A stretch of DNA of 60,076 nt, filler included, from Diploschistes diacapsis (Eukaryota), in assembly GCA_023645945.1 (NCBI GenBank). It is 6 parts of 6 records of this genome, joined end to end, with 100 filler letters (N's around TTAATTAATTAA, not from the genome) between each part and the next. Parts side by side here need not be neighbours in the genome. Positions count along the whole stretch, not along the records: positions 50,163 to 60,076 come from JALAIB010000984.1; 5 more parts are not named here. The stretch is one strand, 5' to 3'. Made by a program: the position numbers and the translations under genes. Below are positions 50,163-60,076 of this stretch, piece after piece. Under the pieces are notes generated by a model. The model was given only the letters and a program-made list of their open reading frames with translations, ran no database searches and was not told the origin of the DNA. Numbering within the stretch: position 1 is the stretch's first letter; each line of letters opens with the position of its first letter.

Positions 50163-50658
50163 CCTTTGGTTCGGGTTCTTTTTTTTTCTCCCATGGGATA
50201 CGGCACAGAGCCCAAGGGCAGTGTGTGTGGGGAGAAAGTTCGGTGATGGTCATGGGTAGATTTTCGGGCGGATTCGGAAGGGCATGTGCATGTTTGGTCA
50301 GGCGTTGTTAGATCAGGCTCAATTGGGGTTTTCTTTTTCTCTTTAAAAACGGAATGGTCGTTGGGTGTTTGGGCGCAGGGCATGGCATGGCATGGCATAT
50401 GGTGGGCACAGACGGCTGGCTGCCTGTGCACGGTTCGATAGGCCTTCTTTTTCTTCTTCTCCTAGGAATGTAGATATTTTTTCCCCCGGTGTATATGCAC
50501 CAAAGCCCCGGTATTCCAGATGCAAAAAACCAACATCTCTTGCACTTTGGGCTGCTGCTGTTGACTTCTCGAGCCGATTGGGTTCTTTTTCCCCCTTGGA
50601 AGAGCAGTCACGGTGCATGGAGCAGCGAGCCTGGTGTGGTTGGTTACATACACTCTCT

Positions 50659-50693
<35 letters not shown>

Positions 50694-50876
50694 CTGCCAT
50701 TCATTCACCTTCCCCTTCCCATATGGTACCTGAAGCACTTCCCACACAACCCCCAAGGCACCGCACATAGGGCTGCTGAAATGCTAAATAATAACCTCTT
50801 TGCTCACTGCTATGAGTCTCTCAAACAATCGAAGATTATCGTACAAGAAGTTCTGCCTGCCTGCCTGCCTGCCTGC
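50659..50876. repeat. (CTTT)n and (CTGC)n microsatellites
   Basis: TCTT run at about 50659-50693 and CTGC run at about 50853-50876. Confidence 0.85.
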
Positions 50877-50934
50877 CCGTCTCAACTACTACAGAACAAA
50901 AGGAAGTGGAGGGTGGGGTATCGAGGGTATCAAA

Positions 50935-53329
50935 TCACAGAGTAAGCTTCAGCACGTCGTTGGCGCCAAAGGAATGGCCGCAGATGGGGCACTTGCGCAT
51001 GCGGTTCGCGATGCGCTCGTCGATGCAGGTTTTGCAGAAGGTGTGCCCGCACATCCGGAGCATTTGGTCCTTGAGGTTGCTGCGGCAGACGTTGCAGTAT
51101 GCCATGCCCTGTGCAGTTCGTTAGTCCCGGCCTCGTTGATTGCACGGTTAGAGGGGTGTGAAGTCTTGCTTACCCGCAGGACCTCGACGATCTTGCCGTC
51201 ATCGGTGTCGGAGTTGGTTTGCTGCCACGTCTGGAGACGTGAATCTTTCTCCGCGACGCCGACCTTTAGCCTTTCGACTTCGACCTCTGCTTTGCGAAGA
51301 GCGCTCGAGGTAGAAGCATGCTCGGCATCTTTGCTCTGCACCATGGCTTTGACTTCCTCCAGTTGCTTCTTTGCCATGTCTGCTGCCGTCGTCTTCTCTG
51401 TGACTTGAGTCTGCACGGCATGGTGCTTGATCGAGAGGATCGCAAAGGCGTCTTTCGACTCAGCCACCTGCTTCTCTAGCGCAACGACCAATTGCCGCGA
51501 GGAAGCATCTACCTCTTTGAGTTGGGTCACGATTTCTGCGCTCTTAGAGTTTTGCGCCCTAAGTGTGCGTATTTCCAGTTCACGCGCCTCCTTTGCTTTC
51601 ATCGCCCCAAAATATTTCTGGTCAGCTTTTGCCTTTTCCGCTGCGAATCTTGCTACCTTATCCTCTAAATCGCCAAGATTGGTCGCTTTAGAAGACACTG
51701 TAGAAGATAGCTTCCTGTACGCATTGCTCATTGACGCAAGCTCCGTGTTCATCATGGAGTACTGCTTCTCTAGGTTTGCGTACTTTGTCTGCAGTTCCTC
51801 CAGTGGTAGGTCCATAATTGAGCTGCTAGCATCTCCTTGCACTCCTCCAAGCCGCTCAATCTCGGATTCTAGCGCGCCTATCCGCTCTTCTTTAGCGGCA
51901 GCCATCTGTTTGATTTGTTCCGCAGAAGCCTTATCTTGATCTTGGGTTTGCTTCTTCATCTGCAGATCTGCGTGCAATTCATCCCGGGCTGCGCGTATGC
52001 GTGCAAGGTCGCTTTCAGCTTTGGACAGTTGCAAGTCTTTCTCTGTGTTCGAAGCATGTAGTTCAGCGTCTACTTCCGTTCTGTAAGCTGCTCGTTCCGA
52101 TTGCAACCTCTTCGCATCTTTGCGGAGCTCTGCGTTTATGGCCTCGAGATTATTGACCCTGTTGACCAGATCTTCCAGCTGCTTCTTAGCTAGCTTGAAC
52201 AGCTCCGTATGCGCGAAGTCTTCGTCTGAGTTATGGGATGACTTTAGCTTCAGCGCGGTAAGCTGGTCTATTAGCTTTGAATTTTCCGTCGATAGCTGTT
52301 GCAGTTGCTCGGCCTGCTTGATCACCGCTGCATCGGCCTCTTTTCGGGCAGTCTCTGCTAGCACAAGTGCTTGTCCATCGACCTGTCCATTGGTGGCTTC
52401 TTCTTTTTTAACGACACCCCCACCCAAACCGCTACCGGATTCACTGTGGCCACCTGCTATAGCTTGTCGCTCAAGCTTTGCGACAGGGATACTCTTCGCG
52501 CGATCAAATTTCTTCTCGGCCATCATATAGCGCATCGTAGCAGCAGCTAGGCGCTCCACGAGCTGTTCCTTTTCTAGGCGCATCTTCTCCAGTTCATTGA
52601 TATGATCTTTCTCCGCTAGCAACAGCTGCGATATTCGTTTCTGAAATTCTGAAATTTCTGGTCGACCGTCTACAGCCTTGGCAAAGATATCCTTAATCGC
52701 CGATTGAATCGCACTCGATCGAAACTTAAGATGCTTTTCGAACCCTGCATTGTCGGCAGACAGAAGTGAGGAGGGAAAAGTTGAGAAAAAGGTTCCGTCT
52801 GGAACGTTACTAGATAAAAGCTTAACTTCATCAAGTAACTATTTTTTACGTATTAGATAGAGACAAGGCTAACTGAACAGCCAGAGTAATTACCTGAGCA
52901 AACCAAGTATCAATTGTTCGGAGATGATCATCATGGTGAGCGCTCCTCTTTCTGATATCATTTAATTCAATCTCAAGGGACGTTTTTTCACGTTTATATT
53001 CTTGCATCTGACGGTAAATGGCGTCTTTCTGAAATCTCTGAAGACGCAACAGCCGTATTAGTATCACCATAAGCTCTTTGGAAGCCTTGCTATGCAGCTT
53101 CTTGAAAGAAGAAAGACATCTTGGGTGTATTATAACTCACCTCGAGATCATCTTTACCGGGTAGATCTGAATCTTGGTGACCTTTCACAGGTCCATTTGT
53201 AGTAGCCGTCGCTTGTCGTTTAGTAGGAGGCGCTGCTTCGTCTTGGTCGTATGAAGCAGGCCGCTTCCGGTCGTCCATCTTGTAGTGACCAGAGGAGAGA
53301 GCAACAGGCTGGACTCCGACGGTTGTCAT
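50935..53329 (-). CDS. BRE1: E3 ubiquitin ligase Bre1 (histone H2B), multi-exon
   Basis: KMDDRKRPA; RFQKDAIYRQMQEYKREK; long coiled coil with EKAKADQKYFGAMK; C-terminal RING CNVC..CGHTFCKTC..RMRKCPIC..FGANDVLKLTL*. Confidence 0.94.
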
Positions 53330-53800
53330 CACCACGGCCCGAGGGGAAAGAGTTGTACTTTGCTGATTGTATTGTTAGGGATGTGCAAGTTAGTAGAAGT
53401 CCTCGGGCCTATGGGTTACAAGGAAGTGTAAGAAGTGTTGCTCTGGACTGTAGGAAAAGAGACCGGACAAGATTTGACCTTCTCCTCAGAGAAACGAACA
53501 AGGCTTAGCCGCCGTTCTTGGCATAGAGTACATAAGCAGAGGCAGGCTTGGCAAGATCCCAGCAGCTTTGAGCCTCAACACGAGGTAACTTTAAACTTGT
53601 ACAGTCCTTGTCCTGGTTGGCCGTCACGCGACCATGCTATCTTGCGCTCAAGTTTGTGTGAATGTGGAACAAGAGTTTGCTCAACTCCGTCCTCCGTCTC
53701 CTTATGCCGGGCTCTGGGAGAGTGACTGCCCAATCTTACCACTAAGATAGTTGTATGAAGTGGGTTGCAGGACCCGTGCTTCTCGCTTTGAGTATAGAAC

Positions 53801-56123
53801 ATGTCGTCCTTCTTGAGTGAGTAGGTCTGCATGACATTTGAAGAAGTAACCAAGTTTGTACCTAGGAAAATCGAAGAAAGTCTTCAAGCCCAAAGCACCA
53901 GCGCGTCGTGAACCTGCCGCCCCACTATCGAAGCAAGCTTCGGAAGCTCCTGCAGATTCTGCTGCACCGTCCGGTGAAAGTTCTAGACTGTCAACTCAGA
54001 CCGCCACTGCTTCTCATGATACCCTAACCTCAGCGGTGGACTCAACAGTCCATCCTTTACCAGAAACGACACCCGCAGGCGTCCCGCCAGATAATAGTAT
54101 CTTGCCAGAACCAGAAACACAAGAAATACATCCCTCATCCTTAGAAGACTTAGGAACTCAGGAGCCTGCCACTGACAGGTTGCAAAACGCTGAGGAACCA
54201 GTTACTAGTTCTAAAGACCCAAGCGTTAATCCTCTAGTACCGGGAATTTCACCAAAACATGGTGTCGGCGGTGGCGCTACGGGGCAAATTTTGGACTTTC
54301 ATTCTTCAACTACTGCTTCAGTAACTGAACTAATAGACTTGTCTGCACCTTCACAAAACACGACACATGGCACGCAAGGGAGTGAGGCAATAGTGAATGA
54401 ACAAAATGTATCAGTTCATCCGGTCAAGATTTCGGATAATCCTGTACTGCAAGCCCAATCAGATGCCCAACCGCCAGCTCTGCCGGCCACGCAGTCCAGT
54501 GCTCAAAGTTCAGGAGACATACTCGTTCCCGAGGACGGCCTGGCGGAACTATCACAAATACCACCACATATTTCTGAGCAGAGCACGAGAGTGCCACGTG
54601 GTGAAAATAGGGAAAGATCTACGGGCTCGGAGAGGGATTCAAGACCGCAGGCAGGGGAACCTGCTAGGGCTATACAAAAAAACAAACAAACTGGAAAGAA
54701 GCGCAAGCCAGCTTCCTCCGGCAACGGAGAGAAGGATTCAGACGAAGCTAAAACCAAAAGAAGGAAGAACGTGGAGGAAAGGAAAAGAAAGAAAGAACAA
54801 GCTCTAGAGCGGGTGGGCAATCAGGCCGATGCGGTCGTCGAGAAGCGCTCTAAACGGCGAAAATGTGAAGGTGGTCGCAAAAGGCAGGCGACTCCAGATG
54901 GCGCTGAGAACCAACGTATTGCGCCTACTGAAGTGAGAATGGCAGACTTATGTGCAGAGACCAACCAAGGCAAGATCTCGTCTCGGGAGGTAAGACTGAG
55001 GGAACGCGATAAAGTAGAAGAGGAGAAAAAGAAGCTAGCGACTCAAGAAGAGGCTAGAAAACAAGCATCGGAGTTTATGAACCATCCTACGGGCACCGCT
55101 CAGTCAATACAGACTAACAGTGAGAATGGTGGCGGTGCTTCAGCTCAACCTTCAGGCGAGGCATCTGGACATCCAGAGGACGACATGCCCGCCCAATCCG
55201 GTCCTCGGACACAGATTGTGGATGGCCAGATTGTTTTCGTCGAGAACTCGCACATAATCGATCGTCACAACCGTGAGGGCAATATCGGAATTGCGTTTGA
55301 TGAAAACGCCTCGGTTGTCATCGAAGACGATTTAACTAAACGTGTCAATAGTGCATCGTACTTGAAGCGTGCACAACCACATCGATGGAGCGCTGAAACG
55401 ACACAGCTGTTCTACGAGGGCCTTCGCTATTTTGGCATGGACTTTTCTATGATGGTGGCACTCTTCCCGGGAAAATCAAGGAATTCGCTGAAGATGAAGT
55501 TCATCCGAGAGCAGAGAGCTGATGTGAATTTCATCAATCAGGTTTTGAAAGAAAGAAAGCCTGTTCCGAGCATAGAAGAATTGCAGAAGACTTCTGGTAA
55601 AGTGTTTCGCAGACCGCAAGAGATCTACAAAGAGCTTGCGCAGAATAAAGAAAAGCAATTAGAGGATCGGAGGAAAGAAGATGAGGCTGTGGAAGAAGCG
55701 AGACGGGGAAGGGAGAGAGAAGTTGAGGAGGAAGCGGGTAGGCTGGGAGTTAGAATCGCACCAACAGAGTCTGTTGAAGTAGAAGGGGATGGTGAGGGAG
55801 AGCATGATGGCAACATCGACCGGCGAAAGTCTACAAAAGAACAAGCAAAGAAACCTGCTAAGAAATCTACCAGAATCTCTACGAAGAATACGCCACAAGA
55901 GGGGCCTAGAGTCAATAAGAATAGCACCACCTTGGAGAGCCAGGTCCACGGACTTGCTGCTCCAGCGAAGGACAACCCTAAAGGCCGTGATGACGACAAC
56001 AACGACGATGGTAGTAGTCACCCTAGTGACTATTTTTCGGACAACGATATATCAAGCGGTGGTAATGCCAGTGAAGCAGGACAGAACGAGGAGGAGGAGT
56101 GGAATGGCGATGAAGTCGAATGA
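53801..56123 (+). CDS. BDP1: TFIIIB B'' subunit Bdp1 (SANT/Myb domain), one 5' intron
   Basis: MSSFLR|KSKKVFKPKAP; MADLC...GKISSRE; GPRTQIVDGQIV; RVNSASY..RWSAETTQLFYEGLRYFGMDFSMMVALFPGKSRNSLKMKFIRE. Confidence 0.88.
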
Positions 56124-56265
56124 ATCATGATTTTGTATGATGAAATTTGGAGTGGCTCACAGGGGTGCATTTACAGGTTTTTGATACCCCAATTGCTGCA
56201 AATAACAAGCAGGATGGCATTCACACCTAGACTAGATAATGCAATCGTTTCTCGGACCTTAGTCA

Positions 56266-57543
56266 CTATTTGGGGGATCCCTTTTCACCAGCCTTCTCGT
56301 CGTGCTCATCGTCTTCGCCATGACTGCCATGATTCTCATCTTCATATTCATGGTGCTCATCCTCATCCTCGGAATAATCATGCATCGTCTCGTCCTCGTC
56401 CTTGACTCCGACGTCCATGTCGTCTTCATCATCCTTATCTCCTGCGCCCTCACCCGAAGCATCCTTGTCGCCCTCATCAATTTCAGCGTCATCCTCCCCA
56501 TCCCCCCTCCCTTCCTTTCCTGCTTCATCCCTCCTAATTTCGCTTCCGGGAGGCACAAAATTCAAATAATCCCAATCCTCGATTTCCTCAATGATAGTCC
56601 TTAGCCTATCTCTCACGCTCTCCACCGCATAGCTCCCCAGCAAGAGCCTCAGCGGCGGGAACTGGCAATGCCCAAGCTGCCACACCAATTCCGCACTCTT
56701 CACCGCACTCGTAGGCTGCTTATCGCCCAACCACTGCACCATCCTCTTCGCATGCGCGGCCGGCGCCGTCGGCCCCGCATACGGCTCGCTCGCGGGCTCG
56801 ATGAAGAAATGCCCGAACGCCGCCAGCGGCTCGGACAAGGCATCCAGGGGCTCATCCCGCCTGACGTGGCCCGGCTCCACCAGCGTGGCCTTGATGTGGA
56901 ACGCGTCGATCTCGTACAGCATGCTCTCGACCAGGCCCTCGACGGCATACTTGGTGGCGCAGTACGGCCCCAGGCCCGGCACGCCTAGCGCGCCGCTCGT
57001 GCTGCTGAAGATCAGATACCGGCCCCCCTGCCCGTCGTTGCGCTCCCGAAAGTAGCGCAGCGAGGCCTGGATGATGTTGAGCGTGCCGAAGAAGTTGGTC
57101 TCGAACTGGTTGCGCACGTCGTACTCCTCCTGGTCCTCGACCGCGCCAATCACGCCGTAGCCGGAGCAGTTCGCGATGATGTCCACCCGGCCCCAGTGCT
57201 GGATCGAGCGGTGCAGCGCGGCCTCCACCGTGGCCGGCACGCGCACGCCGCAGAGCAGCCCGAGGTAGTTGGTGCCGTGCGCGGGGTCGAGCGTGGAGGG
57301 CCGCAGCTTCATCATGGACGAGAGGGCGTCCTCGAGCGCCTTACCGACTGCCGTTACGAGGTCGCCGTGGTTCAGCGCGGCTTTGATGACGGAGCGGCCC
57401 ATGTGGCCGGAGCCGCCGAAGACGAGCCATGCTTTCTGTTTGGGAGGATTCTGGGAGGAAGGGGAGTTGCAGGAAGGCGGCAGCTGGAGCTTGGTGGTGG
57501 AGGGTTTAGTGGGTGAAAAGTTGTGCTCTGGGGAATGAGCCAT
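56266..57543 (-). CDS. Short-chain dehydrogenase/reductase with an acidic C-terminal tail
   Basis: WLVFGGSGHMGR, NCSGYG, FETNFFG, SST, YCATK (YxxxK), VEPG, PPLRLLLG. Confidence 0.92.
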   Translation of the reverse strand: MAHSPEHNFSPTKPSTTKLQLPPSCNSPSSQNPPKQKAWLVFGGSGHMGRSVIKAALNHGDLVTAVGKALEDALSSMMKLRPSTLDPAHGTNYLGLLCGVRVPATVEAALHRSIQHWGRVDIIANCSGYGVIGAVEDQEEYDVRNQFETNFFGTLNIIQASLRYFRERNDGQGGRYLIFSSTSGALGVPGLGPYCATKYAVEGLVESMLYEIDAFHIKATLVEPGHVRRDEPLDALSEPLAAFGHFFIEPASEPYAGPTAPAAHAKRMVQWLGDKQPTSAVKSAELVWQLGHCQFPPLRLLLGSYAVESVRDRLRTIIEEIEDWDYLNFVPPGSEIRRDEAGKEGRGDGEDDAEIDEGDKDASGEGAGDKDDEDDMDVGVKDEDETMHDYSEDEDEHHEYEDENHGSHGEDDEHDEKAGEKGSPK

Positions 57544-57997
57544 TATCCAAAATCCGAATCATATAGATGTGTTCATTGCTAGCCGCTGCAGCGGCTTTGT
57601 CTCTGCTTCTTCGCATCATCGTTCCATTGTCTTTCCTGAACATTCCTTACCTTTCACAGACTGAAGGTTAGGCGAGATGGGATCAGGTTGAAGGGGGTTG
57701 CCGCATTTGGATTCTCCTCGCATCTACTTTGGGTTCGGGGTTTCTACAGAGCTACGCCACTGTAGAACTTGGATCAACCAAAAAAGGAATAGGTTTTGAA
57801 GGCGCAGAAGGGAGCACAAGTTATTCTGCGAGGCTGAGGTGCTTCAATTTCTGTTGTACTTAATATTGGTACGCGATAGCGACTCTTCAACCACCCTCCG
57901 TCAATTCACGTCTGTCAAGAGGCTCGATATGTTATCAAGCCACTTTCACATTAGACTGTTGAAGCGCACTGCTGACCCAAATAGGTCAAAGTGAGAA

Positions 57998-58921
57998 CTA
58001 CTTCAGTCTCCTCTCTGCCCACGTCTTTACATCTGTCATCTGCATCCCCGTTTGCGAGGTATATGTAGTACTTTGGGGTCATGAAACCCCCTTTCCTTCC
58101 GCAAGCACTATTCTGTATTTCTTCATACCGTTCTCCGGATCTTTGCGCAGTTCTATCTCCAGCGTCTCTAAATCCCAAAGCACCCTCTTCATTTTGCTCC
58201 CCTTTACCGCCTCCACAACATCCGCGAGTCTCCCATAACTGATTATTTCACCAGCTGAGAACACGACGCAGTCTCTTGATGAAGAGGACTCAAGGATAAT
58301 GTCGGCCGTGACTTTGCCAATATCCTCAACTGTCGTCAAGGTCACGGAGTTCTCCCAGCTCCCTAGAGCGTATACGACGCCTTTTCCCGCCTCAACAACC
58401 CCAAAAGCAGGCTCAAACATGAAAGACATGAAGATCCCTGTCGAAACTATGATCCACTTTGTCGAGATCTGCGAGCGCAGAGCGTTCCGAATGTCAAGCT
58501 GCTCCGTAAACAAGTTTTGTGCACTACCATGGCCGATGGCATCGTAATCAAGCCCAAACCGCCACGGGACGTACAGAGGCACTTTGGCTTCTAGAATCGC
58601 TTCGAGGATGCGTGTCTGGGTGCCTGGTGGGAATGTCATCCCTGTTGCGCCAACTACTACTTCGTACTGCCTGAAGAGGGAGACAAGATGGACATGGGAG
58701 TCAGCAACGACATCGCCTTGGATAAGAGTAACGCCGAGCACCTTGAGAGCATCAACCTGGGCTTTCTTGGATGAACTAGTGCTCTCGATGGTAGTTTGTC
58801 GTAAGAGAACGCTGATACAAGTTTCCTTACGGAGTGCATGTGAAGAAAGTGACCGGAGGATAGGGGTACCAAGTTCGCCGGCGCCGAGGACGAGGACTGA
58901 GCGCGGTGGTATGGAGCCCAT
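57998..58921 (-). pseudogene. NmrA-like / isoflavone-reductase-like oxidoreductase, intronless, with an in-frame TGA at 58079-58081, 26 codons before the next stop
   Basis: VLVLGAGELG Rossmann motif, PW(R)FGLDYDAIG, LFTEQLDIR, WIIVSTGIFMSF, TLTTVEDIG, KYRIVLAEGKGVS*PQSTTY...DVKTWAERRLK*. It could instead be a truncated or read-through CDS (58079-58921). Confidence 0.7.
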
Positions 58922-59432
58922 GATATCTAGAAGAGTTATAACCAAAAATTTTTGTCTACAGTACATAGCACAGTCATGCTTGACCTTATACCCAAAACTA
59001 GTTTTGAAAGCTGATTTCTAATATTCCCCCTTTTTGGCTTACTTGCCCGATTCTGCAATCCGGCATCCTTCTCATGCTTAGCGGTTATTTCTAAACGCGA
59101 TCGCATTATCGAGAAAATGGCTAAAAAGAAAGAGAAAATGGGATGCTAGAATAGTAAATAAACAAACAAATATAACTAAAAAAATAAGATACTTACAAAT
59201 ATAAAATGATCTCATACAAAATGGGAGTACCTACTTTCTTTAATACGCTAATATAAGAATCAAAAAGATTTCGTTCAGAATAACTGCTCTGGCTGTATAG
59301 CTTTCATAATATCCGGAAAGTGTTGTCATCAGAGCGTGGCACACACTCCTAACCGTCGTGTGGTTACAGAAATGAATTATGTAGAGACTCACAAGTAGGA
59401 ACTGGGTTCCATTTGAGAAGAGATAAAAGTAC

Positions 59433-59784
59433 CTAGGCTTTAAAACCCTTGCCAGATCCGACTTTGGTGAGAAATCTGCTGAACACTTGCAGACCTTTGA
59501 GCAAAGAGGCCTTACGATTTCCAGGGCACCAGAGGGTAGAGTTGCTGTCAACATTCAACCATCTTTGGAACTTCTCTCCTTTTAACAGCCGTTTGCAGGT
59601 TTCCTCCTTGTGTTCGTCTAGAATAGACCTTTGCTTCGGGGAGAAAATCAAAGGAAAATAGCCATATGAAAAGATTGTCCTGTTCGAGCTTAGGTTCTCG
59701 ATCTGGTGAAGGACTTAGAACTCCGGACAATAGTGCGGTAGTCGTAAACCTATCTTCGAGCCACTTCTGGATCTGTCTTGTCAT
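59433..59784 (-). pseudogene. Degenerate fragment of a NACHT/NPHP3-N (fungal NLR-like) gene
   Basis: IWLFSFDF in one frame, then KQRSIL..TCKRLLKGEKFQRW..STLWCPG (donor GTAAGG) and GSGK in a shifted frame, followed by a stop; AT-rich flanks. Confidence 0.55.
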
Positions 59785-60076
59785 GATCAGCTGATACTAA
59801 CTTACAACCTGGAAATGTTTGGGTTAGGAGCTCAGAGTATCGAAGTCGTCCTACGGTGATGACGTATTTGAAAGCCCCAAAGATGGATCTGCGAAACGTG
59901 TTAGCCCTAGCGACGCCTAAGTTGAGGTGCATCTTACGCAGAGCAGTTATTGTGACCGAAATAAATATATATTTTACCATTAGCCTTTACGCCCTTTTTG
60001 CGGGTCTTTCAAGTGATGTTTATTATAAGTTTTTTTACACCCACGCTCCTTTAAAACAAATATCACCATTCGAATC

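Noticed and set aside
1..60076. Alternative genetic code (UGA=Trp) suggested by the NmrA-like gene
   Set aside because: SSC1, UPF1, IMP4, SNZ1 and BRE1 all terminate at TGA at the expected C-termini and use TGG for Trp.

Overview
Nuclear DNA of a filamentous ascomycete (Pezizomycotina), with short GT-AG introns and CTRAC-type branch points. The window is not one locus. It is six unrelated contigs of about 9.9 kb, in descending size order (9969, 9933, 9922, 9921, 9917, 9914 bp), joined by identical 100-nt N/TTAATTAATTAA spacers. Most genes are housekeeping. Contig 1: DUF2415/WD40-like gene, SSC1, a Pth11-like rhodopsin-domain protein and a DUF1992 protein. Contig 2: IMP4, NAM7/UPF1, an AhpC-TSA_2 protein and a DHA1 MFS transporter. 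Contig 3: casein kinase I, DRE2, STF2-like and a C2H2 gene. Contig 4: a grainyhead/CP2 factor and a Tc1/mariner-type MITE. Contig 5: a PhyH fragment, YPP1, RIX1 and SNZ1/PDX1. Contig 6: BRE1, BDP1, an SDR, an NmrA-like reductase and a NACHT relic. I found no convincing novel multi-gene system. The best second-look items are a UGA-C stop at a conserved Trp codon in the NmrA-like gene, a C2H2 finger duplicated in frame behind a stop codon, a 107-bp hairpin MITE, a start codon split by an intron, and an in-frame intron that interrupts a CxxC motif. All family assignments come from motif recognition, not database searches.
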